A stretch of DNA of 63,365 nucleotides, filler included, from Octopus bimaculoides (Eukaryota): assembly GCF_001194135.2 (NCBI RefSeq). It is 6 parts of 6 records of this genome, joined end to end, with 100 filler letters (N's around TTAATTAATTAA, not from the genome) between each part and the next. Parts side by side here need not be neighbours in the genome. Positions count along the whole stretch, not along the records: positions 2,967 to 18,537 come from NC_069009.1; positions 18,638 to 27,379 come from NC_068989.1; 4 more parts are not named here. The stretch is one strand, 5' to 3'. Positions within the stretch are counted from its first letter, which is position 1; every line of letters starts with the position of its first letter. Shown piece after piece: positions 11,925-25,784 of this stretch. Under the pieces are notes generated by a model. It was not told where the DNA came from and searched no databases. It saw only the letters and a list, made by a program, of their open reading frames with translations. Made by a program: the position numbers and the translations under genes.

Positions 11925-12120
11925 TGAATAAACACTTGATTATTTAATGTTTTTTTTATAACTGTTTATCATTCTGTTTATTTTCAAACATTTGAATAAA
12001 GATGCCTAATTTAATGTTTCTACAAAATCTTTCATCACTCTGTTTTATATTTTTAAATATTTGAATAGACTTGCTCATTTAATGCTTTTATAAAACTTTT
12101 CATCATTCATATTTTATATA
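11925..12120. repeat. Diverged tandem repeat, about 67 bp x 3
   Basis: Recurring ttgaata...atttaatg...tttcatca. Confidence 0.7.
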
Positions 12121-12696
12121 TATAATTTTTGGAATAGCATGTAAGTAACCACTTTACAGAAGGAAGTGGAGTCCTTTTTATCTGCAGAACTCCTCTTTGC
12201 ATAAGATTAATATAAGAATAATGAAATACAAGGATTTAGGATATCAGGCTTTAATATCCTACATCCTCATGTTATATTATTTATATATATATATTTTGTG
12301 TAGGTAGTTATGGTAAATCCCAGCTGTTGCCTCTCTCTCTTTTCTATTTGTGCTGGTCCTGATCATTGTTTAAATATAAACAATTCATCGAAATGTAAAA
12401 TTTGTATTATTTAATTTCTCTGTCTGAAGAATTTCCAACAGGAAATTCCTTACATGTCCACCTAACATTACAATTTTGTAACACCTATTAGCAAATGAAA
12501 CATGTGTAATGGTGAATAAATAACAGCAAAAAATTTAAATTTCCTATGTTGTTTACACACACAACACTCACTGACCTACCCATGTGTTTGACAAGCAGAA
12601 AGAGGGCTGTTCAGGGAGAATTTGACTGTGATGAAGCTGACAGATGAAGACAGAAATAATAAAATAGGGAGGAGAGGAATGAGGGGGGATACTTAC

Positions 12697-12760
12697 TTGT
12701 AGTTTTACTCGCTTGGGTCTTGGGCCTTTTTTGTGTGGGAGGACATCTTTGTCAGTCTGA
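12697..12760 (-). CDS. CBX: Internal 64-nt exon of a Polycomb/CBX-family gene (post-chromodomain AT-hook-like motif)
   Basis: Minus strand reads ttttccctattacag|T CAG ACT GAC AAA...CTA CAA|gtaagt and encodes QTDKDVLPHKKGPRPKRVKLQ. This resembles the CBX7-type motif RKRGPKPKRLLLQ. Entry phase 2 and exit phase 0 match the equivalent exon of CBX genes as I recall it. Confidence 0.7.
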
Positions 12761-12844
12761 CTGTAATAGGGAAAAATAAGATATCTTTGGTTTAGTAAAG
12801 GACCACATACAAAAGTAAAGAAATGAGAAAGGGGAAGAGAGCAG

Positions 12845-12876
<32 letters not shown>

Positions 12877-12929
12877 ACAATAGGGAAAGAGGGAAAGGAA
12901 AAGTAGAGTCATTATATATATATATATAT

Positions 12930-13380
12930 CATCATTTAATGTCCATTGTCCATGCTGGCATGGGTTAGACAGTTTGACCAGCAAGCCGAGGGGCTGCACC
13001 AAACCCCAATCTGATTTGGTATGGCTTCTACAGCTGGATGCCCTTCCTAATGCCAACCACTCTGAGAGTGTAATGGGTCCTTTTACATGCCACTGGCACA
13101 GGTGCCAGTTGTGTGACACCAGTATCTGCCACGACTACAATTTCACTTTCCTTGATGGGTCTTTTTTTCAAGCATGGCATATTGTCAAAGGTCTCAGTCA
13201 TTTGTCATTGACTCTATGAGGCCCAATATTTAAAGGGTGCTTTTTATATGCCACCAGCACAAGTGTCAGTGTGTGATACCAACAATGGCCACGACTGCAA
13301 TTTCACTTGGCCTGACAGATCTTCTCAAGCATGGCATATTGCCAAAGGCCTCGGTCATTAGTTCATTGTCTCCATAAGAT
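12930..13380 (-). mobile_element. SINE family D with internal tandem subrepeats and (TGA)n tail
   Basis: Shared block ctacagctggatgcccttcctaa(t/c)gccaacc with 56520-56960; similar start at 16745-16950. Confidence 0.75.
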
Positions 13381-15371
13381 CATGCTTCACCACATATATA
13401 ATAGTATGTAAGATGTGCATTTTTATTTCTAAATGTGTAGCAGGAATATTTAGTAATAAAAACCCAGGTCACTATATCTAATGTAAAATAACTATACAAC
13501 TCAAGAATACAATTCCAATTCCCTTGACTATTAGCAACGGCATCAAAAAATCTGACCATTCAAAACTTTATGTGGAACTGGATCTAACAACAATTTCATC
13601 TTTGATAACAAACATAGGTGTAGGCATGGGTGTGCGGTGAGAAGCTTGCTTCCCAAGTATATGGTTCTGGTTTGTGTGTGTGAGTGTATCTGTATATCTT
13701 TCAGCATTTAGACAATGCAACAGAGACTTTAAAAAGTGACTTTTACTTTGAAAAGAAGGGGAGGAGAAAAAGTTGTTGGGAGAGAGAGAACTAGAGTGAG
13801 AGAGATATATAGATAGATAGACAGGTAGTGTGGTCATCATAGTAACAAACAAGTTTTGATTAAAAACATGGAAATTTTAAGTGGAAATCTATCAACACAA
13901 CATAACTTCAAAAAAAAAAAAAAAGGCTTTCACTATACAACAATATAGGGTTATTCTTTTGGGTATGTGTATTTCTGCATGCCTTTCAACATACACACAC
14001 AACATACAGGCATATATATATACAATGTATATATTTGGGCATTTAATATAAAAATTCAAATTTTCAAATCTATGTTCCAAAATTTTGGCCATGACTGTAG
14101 ATGTTGAAAAAACAACTTTCATTGTTGAGAGAGAGAGAGAGAATAAAAATTTGTTTGAAGTAACAAAAAAACATGCTGTTGTTGAGCAAATCAATGTGGT
14201 CATTGTAGTAGGCTTCTGTAGAAGAAGCTATTTCATTCTGACTGGGTCATTACTCGGCAGCATAGTGACAGTTACAGACTAGTAAATATTATAGAGCCCA
14301 GGTTATTGATAGCAATACTGATAATAGGATAGTAATGGTGGTGCTGGTTGTGGTAGCGATTACAGTGCTTGGAGCAGTACTAAGAGTAATATGTGTGGTG
14401 GTGATGGTCATGTTAGTGGTGATAATANNNNNNNNNNNNNNNNNNNNNNNNNNNNNNNNNNNNNNNNNNNNNNNNNNNNNNNNNNNNNNNNNNNNNNNNN
14501 NNNNNNNNNNNNNNNNNNNNNNNNNNNNNNNNNNNNNNNNNNNNNNNNNNNNNNNNNNNNNNNNNNNNNNNNNNNNNNNNNNNNNNNNNNNNNNNNNNNN
14601 NNNNNNNNNNNNNNNNNNNNNTTCTCTACGAAGGCCATGGTAAGTCTATCTGCTGATATATAGTGTTTTTACGACCATTAAGGTCTATAGTGAAAAATTA
14701 ATCCATGCATGAGAGAAAACAGAAAGGACCTGCATACAGTGCTGTTAATGGAGGTTTAACAACATAGTTGCACACAAAAATGTGAGTCCAAGAAGTAAAG
14801 CTTCCTTCAAGGCAGAGGTAAGAGGTTTTAAAGAGGAATGATATATTCAAAATTGGTAAAACTAAAAATTGTCAAGGATAAATTAAATTTATTATTGTTA
14901 CTGAATATGTTAGAGTTATTTAATTACTGAATGGTTTTGCTACCGTTTGTTTATGTAGCTTGATTTCTTTATCCATCAGTTTCTACTAAAATAGAGACAC
15001 AAGTAAAATTAATAATACAGAAACGAAAATAAAACTTTGGAAACAGCAACACTGCCATAACTTACGTGGAAACCACGAGTGTGCTTTCAAGGGAGATAAT
15101 CAGAGAAAGACTTGAAAGTCAACGTAAGATCATAATACTTCATGTGAAGTAAAGTAAATATAGCAAATAATCCAGAATCCTTGTGAAGAACCAGATCGAT
15201 CAAAAAATCTAATCAGTTCGTGCCAGTTACGAGGTTAAACATCCCTGAAAGTTTCATCTGAATCCATCCAGCAATTCTTGATATATCTTGTCCATGGACA
15301 AACAAACAAACACAACTGAAGACACTACCTCCGCCAAGGCGGAGACAATAACAACAACAACAATAATAATA

Positions 15372-15590
15372 ATAATGATCCTTTCTACTAAGGGTACAAG
15401 GCCTGAAATTTTGGGGAAGGACACTAGTCAATTACATTGACCCCAGTATTTCACTGGTACTTAATTCATTAACCCCAAAAGGATGAAAGGCAAAGTTAAC
15501 CTCCGTGGAATTTGAAATCAGAACACAGAACAGGCGAAATACCACTAAGTATTTTGTCTGGTGTGCTAACAATTCTGCCAGCTCACCACC
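15372..15590 (-). mobile_element. SINE family C
   Basis: Full-length copy between (TAA)n and (TGA)n. Confidence 0.8.
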
Positions 15591-15869
15591 ATAATAATGA
15601 TGATGATGATGATGATGATGATGGATCAAATATGAAAAATAAAAAGACCTATATAACAAAACAATACCACCTTAAAGAATAAAGAAGATACCTGAGAGGT
15701 AAAAGAAAAAAAATTAAGCGGGGTATAGCAGCAGAAACTTGCTACATACAGCAGAACAAAAAAATGTGAACGCTTCCTGTTGGAAGATACAGAATTTACA
15801 ATATACATGGAAAGTTAAACAAAAAAATAAACAACCACATCAATATGATGATGATGATGATGATGATCA

Positions 15870-16735
15870 ATAGTTGACATGCCAACAACATCAGAGATTC
15901 AGTCATACTGGGAAGGAATATGGAGCAAACAAGAAAAACAAAACATAAATGTTCAGTGGATAAATAAGGAAAAGGATAGGAAGAGCAAAATAGCACCACA
16001 GGTATGGCCCACCACCAGAAACCAAGAGAAAGCAGACACTGAGGAGGACCAGTAACTGGAAAACTCAAGGGACACACAAGGTCCTCAACTTCTGGTTGAA
16101 ACACCTTACCAGTACCCATACTCACATAGCAGCAGCATTTAATTTAATAATAAGCAAGCCAGAATGAACACCAAACTGGATGCTGGAAGGACAAACTACC
16201 CTAATTCCCAAAAACAAAGACACCAGGCCAACAACCTACAAAATCCTCACATCAGTCATCCATAACCAGCTTATTAATACACCTGGAAAACATGTTACCA
16301 AAAGAACAAAAGGGGGGCCAGAAAGGGATGTATGGTTGTAAGGAGCAGCTTTTGGTAAATCGAATCCTTGTAGAGGATTGTAAGAGAAAGACAAACCTCA
16401 ACAAGACTTGAATTGATTACCAGAAAGCATTTGACAATGTTCAACACTCATGGATACTGGAATCTTTTCACACAAGGAGCTCTAACACTACTAAAATATA
16501 TCAACCATGCAATAGTAAACTGTAAAACCAGTATAACGCTGAATAATGAATCACAAGTCATTAAAACCTGCTCTATACCCATAAGAAGAGGGATTTTCTA
16601 AGGAGGCTTACTGTCATCACAGCTTCTCTGCCTTGCTCTGACCTCAGCTTGTTAAATGAAACCATCATGGGTTACAGATGCTATGGACAAACAATAAATC
16701 ATCTATACAAGGATAATTTAGAAATTTTCACTGGT
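15870..16735 (+). mobile_element. R4/Dong-type RT fragment
   Basis: MPTTSEIQSYWEGIWS, FWLKHLTSTH, GQTTLIPKNKDT, KEQKGGQKGMYGCKEQLLVN, *IDYQKAFDNVQHSWI, IRRGIF*GG; bounded by (TGA)n and (TCA)n. Confidence 0.85.
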
Positions 16736-17225
16736 CCCAAGTCAATCATCATCATTATCATTTAACATCCATTTTCCATGCTGGCATGGGTTGGACAGTT
16801 TAAGAGGAGCTGGCTACATAGAAGACTACATCAGGCTACTGTGTCTCTTTTGGCAAGATCTTCCTAACACCAATCACTTTGCAGAATGGACTGAGTGCTT
16901 TTTACATGGCACCAGCACTGGCAGGGGTCATCAAGTAACTTGCAAGACAAAGATCCTTTTGAGGTGTGTGTGTGTGTGGGGGGGGGGGCATTGGAGTAGA
17001 TGGCCTAGTGTCGATGGGTATGAATAAGTAAAACTGTATAAAAAATACCTTGCAACGTAGTTACATAAACACAAGCAATAGTTAGTGCATTCTGGGTAGC
17101 CGAGCATGGTGGCTTGCTGGGGGCATGTTTTTGCAGACCAAGCTGTGATGACACTAACCTGTGTTATCACATATCAATCCATGTTATCCTGGATCATTGA
17201 CAAATGAGTAACATATTCATCTAAC

Positions 17226-18250
17226 TCAGTGGTTCTCATATAAGATTTTGGTAGTGTCCATGCGAGCAAAATACTAAATTGGGGACCTGCAGTAGTATAT
17301 TAAGGGTCCATGTACTACTGGATCCTCTCTTTGATCACACTATTTTCACGGATTCCCATGACTCTCTGTTGCCATCCAATGCCATTATTATGAAACTGAA
17401 TTGAGAGCTTGAGTCATAATGGATCTTTCATTAGCTGATTACACAACCACGGACACCACCCCTATGGATGCATTGCAGTTACTCTTTTGATAAGGCTTGG
17501 TGATCCTCTCCGTTGATCTTCTAGGATTCTTCTGCTCAGCATCAATGTAAAAAGCACTGTTGGCCCAGTTGAGCTCTTCTGTTACCTCTTCACCATGCTG
17601 CAGTCCCATAACATTGCTGTATCCTTGGAAGGGTGGCTGAACGGGTGCTATGCCTTGCCAAAGGGCACCCATATCTATGCAGGGCAGCCATCACACCATG
17701 AGGTATTTTCAAAATACCCACATACTGGCTCCTACACCAAATCTGTAATTTGCTGCAGACACAGCTGGGTTCAGTCTCAGTAAGTGGCCCCTTGAACAAT
17801 TGTCTTCTACTATAGCTCTAGGTTGACCAAAGGTTTGTGAGTGGATTTGGTAGACTGAAATCAAAAAGAAGCTTGCCATATGTGTGGGTGTGTGTGTGCT
17901 TCAAGCCTTTGAAGCCATTTGGCTTGAAAAACAGTTAAGGGTTAAAATTAAGGACAGGAGGTCCCTATAAGATTTAGTTGTTAAAATTTATACACAACAA
18001 ATTGGTTATACTTCAACAATACACAAAATATTTTAACAATTTTTTAATATAAATTCTAATAATATTTAATTATAAAAATATCATAGAGAACCACTGAGGA
18101 AGGACATTGAGTTGTAAAACAATGCCTTAGTAACATGTTCATCTAACTCAGTGGTCCTCAACCGGGGTCCATATAAGATTTAGGTGGGATCCACGCAAGA
18201 AAATTACCAAATTGGAGGCCTGCAGTAGTATATTAAGGATCCATGAAAAC
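17226..18250. mobile_element. hAT-like MITE fragments (17226-17312, 17955-18078, 18148-18246; also 4130-4240)
   Basis: Recurring cagtggt(t/c)ctcaaccggggtccatataagattt terminus-like sequence. Confidence 0.5.
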
Positions 18251-18313
18251 AATTTGCTTTAGATGTATTTATTGCAAGAAACAGCTCGGTCCATTTCTCT
18301 AATGTTTTACATA

Positions 18314-18537
18314 GGCGCAGGAGTGGCTGTGTGGTAAGTAGCTTACTTACCAACCACATGGTTCCAGGTTCAGTCCCACTGCGTGGCACCTTGGGCAAGT
18401 GTCTTCTACTATAGCCTCGGGCCGACCAAAGCCTTGTGAGTGGATTTGGTATACGGAAACTGAAAGAAGCCCATCGTATATATGTATGTATGTATGTTTG
18501 TGTGTCTGGGTTTGTCCCCCCACCATCGCTTGACAAC
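18314..18537 (+). mobile_element. SINE family A, young copy
   Basis: GGCGCAGGAGTGGCTGTGTGG (A box) and GGTTCAGTCCC (B box), then the family core. Confidence 0.85.
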
Positions 18538-19504
18538 NNNNNNNNNNNNNNNNNNNNNNNNNNNNNNNNNNNNNNNNNNNNTTAATTAATTAANNNNNNN
18601 NNNNNNNNNNNNNNNNNNNNNNNNNNNNNNNNNNNNNGTGTGTATAATTCTTGTGTGCTTCTGTTCACTTTGAAGACAGTGTAATGATGGGTAATTACTC
18701 TCTGAAGAGAGACCAGTCAACCATGAAACCAAGCAGCATAATTTCTTTTATGTTTCTGTATGCGAGGAGAGCAACATAGTTTTACGTTTTGTCCTTCTTT
18801 GAGAATTGTAGGCGTTGTTTGTATTTCTCTAGATGTTGACTTTTATTACGAAGTCCTTTTCCCGAAATTCTTTTATAGGTTTTTCTTTAATTTATCGACG
18901 TTTTTCGATTAGGACGAGTATACAGTCGTCAAAAATAGTGTATATTGTATGGATGAAAAGCAATCATCAAATTTTGTAAATTCGAAAATAAGTTTGTTAG
19001 ACCAGAGAAAGATACGAAGCATAGAAGTTTCTCTTATAAGGAAACGAACGGTATTGGGAGAAGTGCAGAATGTGGGGGCATTATTAGAAGAACATAATTA
19101 GTTAAAATACTTTGAAAAACAAAATCTAGTAAAACAAAAACGCTCAGAGCGTGTGGTTCAGAAAATTAAAAAATCAATTGTGATTGGAAAAGAGTAGTGC
19201 ATGGATGAATAAAATATAAATTATAATGCTAGTTCACTCAGAAATTTATTGTATATAAATAATATAGTTCGATATCATGGAAGTAAATTATGCATGAAAG
19301 ATTACAGAGAGCAAGTTAACTAATATATGGTAAAATGAGAGGAAAATCAATAAAAAAAAAACTGAAATATTCTAAAGATTTCAAATGAAAACAAGATGGA
19401 AATTTTTATAAACATCTTCATGCGATTTGGAGTTTAAGAATAATAGTGGTTTATAATACTAACTATAATTTATGTGTGCGTGTCTATAAATATATGTTTG
19501 TGTG

Positions 19505-19538
<34 letters not shown>

Positions 19539-20176
19539 TACANNNNNNNNNNACACTTTACAAAACACAAGTTTTGATCGGTGCCTTTTTCATGTGACGT
19601 CTGAGGTTTGTCAGGAACACCAAATATAACAACATATATTAAGACTTTGATGTCATCAGGAAGGCACAGTTAACTGATGAAGAGAAATATCCGTTGAATA
19701 CATGTGTGTGTGTGTGTTTGCGTGTGTTTGTGTGTGTTTGTGTGTGTGTGTGTATACACCCACAAACACACAACCACACACACGCAAACACACGTGGAGC
19801 TTCCACACAATCTACCAAATTCAAATACAAGGCATTAGTCGTCTTATAGCTATAGTTGAAGATACTTGTTCAATGTGCCCTGCAGTGGGACTGAACCCGA
19901 AACCAAGTGGTTGTAATGTGATTTTTATAAACACACACACATAGCGGCTTGTCAGTTACTTCTTTTGTCTTATAAGGATATTTTACCCTATTTTCTAAAC
20001 TGTTTTCACAGTTATTCCCCTACATTCAAGATATCCTTAATTTCTAAAATATAAAATACCAACTCACTCGGCGCGTCGATGTGTGTGTGTGTATATTTAT
20101 ATACATATATATGTATGTATGTATGTATGTATGTNNNNNNNNNNTATGTATGTATGTATGTATGTATGTATATATA

Positions 20177-20217
<41 letters not shown>

Positions 20218-20514
20218 CAATATATATATATCTTTCAACATTGGACTGCGACCAAAACGCGGTATTGCTTTGAGGAGTTTTAATATATATGGTACTTATT
20301 CTGCTTACTGTAACGGTCTCTTTCTGCCGAACCCCTACGATACGGAGGTATTAACAAACCTACACAGATTGGGGAGTGATCACATAGGCGCGCGCGTTTG
20401 TGCGCACAATTTACGCATATCGATATATATTTATACAATATATGTAAACTATACATATGTATTGTAAATGTGTATATATGTGTGTGTGTGTACATACATA
20501 CATACATACATACA

Positions 20515-20546
<32 letters not shown>

Positions 20547-21199
20547 AATGAAAGTGGCAGAACTGATTAGCTGAAGAAAGTTAATAACACGAAGCTGACT
20601 GCTAACACTGAACTGGATTCATGCGAAATTAAGTTCTCAAATCTAAATAAATAACCACGTTGAATGTAGACACTGTAAATCGTGACATAAAACCTCTCGT
20701 GTCATGGTTGAATTGTTGGAGTGACTAAGATTGATTATTTATTAGTTACAGAAGAGAGGAATAGTGTAACGTGTGATTACGTGTGAGAAGAGCGAGTTAA
20801 AGAAATACAAAAGTTGAGGGTAGTGAAGAGAAGAGAGTGTGATAGAAAAAGGAAGGCTACAAATGGTAGACAGAGATGAGGATTGAGAGCGTAGGGAGAA
20901 TTTGAGGGTTTGTGTGTGCGTATGAAAAGAGGGAGCGAAACAGAGTGGGGGGAGGGTGATGGTGACAAAAGAGAACGTGAAAACGACATGGTGAAAAAAG
21001 GAGGGAAAACATCATGAGGTAGAGGGAAAAATTTGTGTGATAGATGCAGGAGATATTAGGTAATAGGGAAAGGATACGAAAGAAAATAGAAAGGGAGATG
21101 AGCGAAAAGGTGTGAAAGAAAGAGAGTTAAAAAGAGATTGGGGAAGAGACTAAGAAAATGAGAGGAAAACAAAGGTTTAACAGAGAAGATAAACGCATG

Positions 21200-21400
21200 C
21201 GAGGCTGTGTAGTAAGAGAGTTTGCTACCCAACCACAAGGTTCCGGATCCAATCTCACTGTATGGTACCATGGGCAGGTGTCTTCTATAACCCCGGGCTG
21301 GTCAAAGCTTTGTGAGTAGATTTTGTAGACGGAAAGTAAAAGAAGCCCGTCGTATACATATACATATGTGTGCGTGTGTGTATGAATGTGTATGTGTGTG

Positions 21401-21458
<58 letters not shown>

Positions 21459-22557
21459 NNNNNNNNNNNNNNNNNNNNNNNNNNNNNNNNNNNNNNNNNN
21501 NNNNNNNNNNNNNNNNNNNNNNNNNNNNNNNNNNNNNNNNNNNNNNNNNNNNNNNNNNNNNNNNNNNNNNNNNNNNNNNNNNNNNNNNNNNNNNNNNNNN
21601 NNNNNNNNNNNNNNNNNNNNNNNNNNNNNNNNNNNNNNNNNNNNNNNNNNNNNNNNNNNNNNNNNNNNNNNNNNNNNNNNNNNNNNNNNNNNNNNNNNNN
21701 NNNNNNNNNNNNNNNNNNNNNNNNNNNNNNNNNNNNNNNNNNNNNNNNNNNNNNNNNNNNNNNNNNNNNNNNNNNNNNNNNNNNNNNNNNNNNNNNNNNN
21801 NNNNNNNNNNNNNNNNNNNNNNNNNNNNNNNNNNNNNNNNNNNNNNNNNNNNNNNNNNNNNNNNNNNNNNNNNNNNNNNNNNNNNNNNNNNNNNNNNNNN
21901 NNNNNNNNNNNNNNNNNNNNNNNNNNNNNNNNNNNNNNNNNNNNNNNNNNNNNNNNNNNNNNNNNNNNNNNNNNNNNNNNNNNNNNNNNNNNNNNNNNNN
22001 NNNNNNNNNNNNNNNNNNNNNNNNNNNNNNNNNNNNNNNNNNNNNNNNNNNNNNNNNNNNNNNNNNNNNNNNNNNNNNNNNNNNNNNNNNNNNNNNNNNN
22101 NNNNNNNNNNNNNNNNNNNNNNNNNNNNNNNNNNNNNNNNNNNNNNNNNNNNNNNNNNNNNNNNNNNNNNNNNNNNNNNNNNNNNNNNNNNNNNNNNNNN
22201 NNNNNNNNNNNNNNNNNNNNNNNNNNNNNNNNNNNNNNNNNNNNNNNNNNNNNNNNNNNNNNNNNNNNNNNNNNNNNNNNNNNNNNNNNNNNNNNNNNNN
22301 NNNNNNNNNNNNNNNNNNNNNNNNNNNNNNNNNNNNNNNNNNNNNNNNNNNNNNNNNNNNNNNNNNNNNNNNNNNNNNNNGGCTGTGTAGTAAGAGAGTT
22401 TGCTACCCAACCACAAGGTTCCGGATCCAATCTCACTGTATGGTACCATGGGCAGGTGTCTTCTATAACCCCGGGCTGGTCAAAGCTTTGTGAGTAGATT
22501 TTGTAGACGGAAAGTAAAAGAAGCCCGTCGTATACATATACATATGTGTGCGTGTGT
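21200..22557 (+). mobile_element. SINE family A head present twice (21203-21378 and 22381-22557) around a gap
   Basis: Two identical copies of a diverged head. Confidence 0.75.
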
Positions 22558-23439
22558 AGGTGTGAGGATGATAGTGTGGGTGCTGGGAAGTGGTCAGTGC
22601 TAGTGTGTGCGGGATGGTGTGATGTGGTGTGGCGTTGTGGTGTGGTGATGTGTGGTGTGTTGTGTTGTGGTTGTGATGTGGTAGTGTGTGGTGTGGTGTG
22701 GTGTGGTGTGGTGTGATGGTGTTGGGGTGTTGGGGTGTTGGGGTGAGAGGGAGGGGTGTGGGATGTAAGGGTGGAGTGTGGGTTTGGGATGAGGATGTGG
22801 AGTATATGGGAGTGGGATGTGTTAGTNNNNNNNNNNNNNNNNNNNNNNNNNNNNNNNNNNNNNNNNNNNNNNNNNNNNNNNNNNNNNNNNNNNNNNNNNN
22901 NNNNNNNNNNNNNNNNNNNNNNNNNNNNNNNNNNNNNNNNNNNNNNNNNNNNNNNNNNNNNNNNNNNNNNNNNNNNNNNNNNNNNNNNNNNNNNNNNNNN
23001 NNNNNNNNNNNNNNNNNNNNNNNNNNNNNNNNNNNNNNNNNNNNNNNNNNNNNNNNNNNNNNNNNNNNNNNNNNNNNNNNNNNNNNNNNNNNNNNNNNNN
23101 NNNNNNNNNNNNNNNNNNNNNNNNNNNNNNNNNNNNNNNNNNNNNNNNNNNNNNNNNNNNNNNNNNNNNNNNNNNNNNNNNNNNNNNNNNNNNNNNNNNN
23201 NNNNNNNNNNNNNNNNNNNNNNNNNNNNNNNNNNGTGGGGGAGGGGGGATTGAGATGTATTGGGATGATTGGGTGGGATGTGTAGAGGTGGGTGTGAATG
23301 GAGGGGGTAACAATGAAGGGAGAGGGTGGGTAGGAGTGAAGAGAAGAAGTAGGTGTGAGATGAAGAAAGGAAAGAAGAGGGTAGTCAGATGAAGAGGGGA
23401 GGGGAGTTAAGCCCATGTGGCGCAAAGGAGCGAAGAGAG

Positions 23440-23880
23440 AAGGTTAATTCCTGTTCACGGTCAGCCAGGCGGCGTTCCGTTTGACCGATGTACAGAGAAG
23501 GACAGAAAGAGCAGGAGATGCAGTAAATGACGTTGTTAGAAGTGCAGTAAAGGAGTCAGTGATATGATAGGGATGATGATGAGTGCCTGTGAGGATGGTC
23601 GTGTTGGAGAGGTAGGGGCAAGTGCGGCAGCGTGGGTGGGCGCAGGGGAACAGGCTGGGAGGTGCGGTTAGGGGAGAAAATGTGGACCAGGACGTCACGT
23701 AAGTTGTGGGCTCGTTTGAAGGAGGGTAGGGTAGGTTGGGGAAGATGTGCGAAGTGGGGGGTCGGACTAGAGTCGCCGGAAGGCTCGGAAAATGGTGCGT
23801 TTGAGAGGCAGGGTGGAAGGGTGGTAGGTGAGGGGAAGTGGGAGTCGGGTAACGGCAGGGTGGATGCGTGGAGAGAGAGC
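23440..23880 (-). mobile_element. Penelope-like GIY-YIG endonuclease fragment
   Basis: Joined frames give PTLPSFKRAHNLRDVLVH..FPCAHPRCRTCPYL...SFTCTSNNVIYCISCSFCPSLYIGQTERRLADR. Confidence 0.85.
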
Positions 23881-24179
23881 AGATGCACGGTCCACGGAAC
23901 AATTTGCACAATGGGTTCAAAATTATGTCAAGCAAATTGCTTAATCGTTGGATGCTAGAAAATGGCTTGAAACAGTTGGACGTAATTTTAGATCACTTGC
24001 TTTGGGAATTTTCATAAATGATGCATAGAGATCCTTGAAGCTGTTATTGATTTCTTTAGATTTGGGGGTTCTTTTGAAGTTCACAAAAGTTACTTGTTTA
24101 CAAAATTACAAAATTAGTGAGGTAATCTAATTCATTTTTCATTAAGTTATTTTTTAATTATCCCGTCATCAATTTTACT

Positions 24180-25730
24180 TACCGTTTGTTTATCTGCAAC
24201 GGTTCATATTTGTGGTAGAAATGTTAGTCATTTTGTCGTTCGTAGACCATTTCTGTGAAATGAGCATTTTTCCATTATTACAATGGTTCCCTTCCTTGTC
24301 AGCTTCTTTATTGACTAAAAAGGAATCGTTCAGTAGACGTTCCAATACTTTTTGTTCTTCATTCGTAACGTTTGCCTTTACATGGATTGTTGGAATGTTT
24401 GAGCTTGCCGATCTTTTCAGAAACGTTATGTATTCCTCTAAGTGCTTTTTCTTGCCCACTGGAAGCTTAAATTCCGATTTGTTTTTCACAAGTGATGGAT
24501 CTTCGTTGTGTTTCTTTTGGAAGAATTCCTGTAGACGAAGTTTTCTACAAAATTCCTCAGTATCTTTTATAAGATTTATTGAATCAGATGTAGGGGTTGG
24601 TATGAATTTAAGTCCTTATCCCAGTTCTATTTCATTTTCCATGCGCTTTCGCTGTGATAGTTTTATCATCTTTGGGTCAGTTGGTTCGCTATTTCCTTGA
24701 CACTTTGTGTCATTAGAATTTTCTTTCGTTTCTATTTGGAACTTCTGTTCTCTAAAAAAGATTTCTTGCTCTATGAGCCATTTGCCCTTTCTTTCAGTTA
24801 TTCTGTTTTGTTGGAAGGAGATTTTCCAGTTCTTGTACCATCTGCCTTGAGATGATATGTTTTTAAGTTTTCTTTGGCTTGGTGATTTATTTTGATCTGT
24901 TCTTCCATTGTCATTTCTATCTTGGTATGTTGGCTTTTCATGGTATGCTTTCTTTTATTTGATGCTCTATTTTGATTTATTCTCCTAATACTATAGTTCG
25001 GAAGTCTTTTGTAGTAGATGGGTTTGTGTAAGCATGAGTTATTGAATTCCTTTCCTTTTTTCAATAATACTAATAAATAGTAAAGGATGGGTTGTTGCCC
25101 TTTGTTCATTTTTAGATTTTATTTGTAACTTGATACAAAAGGTGATATAGATCTTTCTGTTATTAAATTCTGTCGTTTTTTAGACATATTAACACTAGTT
25201 CTGCTTCGAATTTTTTTCCTATTTTTATAAACATAGTTTTGATTCTAGTATTTTATTTGATTTGGTTTCTTGTATCTCTAATCTTTTTTACCATAGACCT
25301 AATAGTTTCACACGTACTTTTTTCTGTTCGTTCGTTCGGTGGTTTCTTTCGGCGTTATGGCATCATATTATACGAATTTCTCTTAAAATTGTTGTGCGCG
25401 AAGTGTTAAGAATGTTAATTCTGCTTCGAATTTTTCACGTACGAGATTTATTCAGATTTTCGTTTTTTCATTTCGTTCATTTCGTATCTTTGAAACGGAA
25501 TTTACCTGAAAAAATAACTGGTTCTCGGTTTTTTTCAATTTAAGTATGTGTCTGCGAAATTTTTGTCTGTGATTACTTTCCTATAAGCTTGTTTTCTTTT
25601 ACTTAATAAACTATTCCATACCATTATCTGGTTTGTTTTCTTGTACGCTTCATTCTCGAAATGAATTTCATTCCATTCCTTAATCATAGACTGTGTATTT
25701 GAATGATCTGTTGCTATTGGCATCACAAAG
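24180..25730 (-). mobile_element. Penelope-like element N-terminal/RT-proximal ORF remnant
   Basis: ELG*GLKFIPTPTSDSINLIKDTEEFCRKLRLQEFF and NVTNEEQKVLERLLNDSFLVNKEADK match the PLE GLxFxPTP and K(P)ADKG motifs. Confidence 0.75.
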
Positions 25731-25784
25731 GTCGGACACGTAGTTTATGTAGAGTTTATAGTGTGTTTTAATGTTAATGTGAAG

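Noticed and set aside
15061-15085. Minus-strand donor-like gtaagt as a chromodomain exon end
   Set aside because: No frame upstream gives TWEP/ILD or other chromodomain residues.
18314-18395. tRNA gene
   Set aside because: A and B boxes are present but there is no cloverleaf; it continues into the SINE body and is multi-copy.
21203-22557. Identical 176-bp direct repeat flanking a gap
   Set aside because: 100% identity of a diverged SINE copy on both sides of an N run is most simply an unmerged contig overlap.
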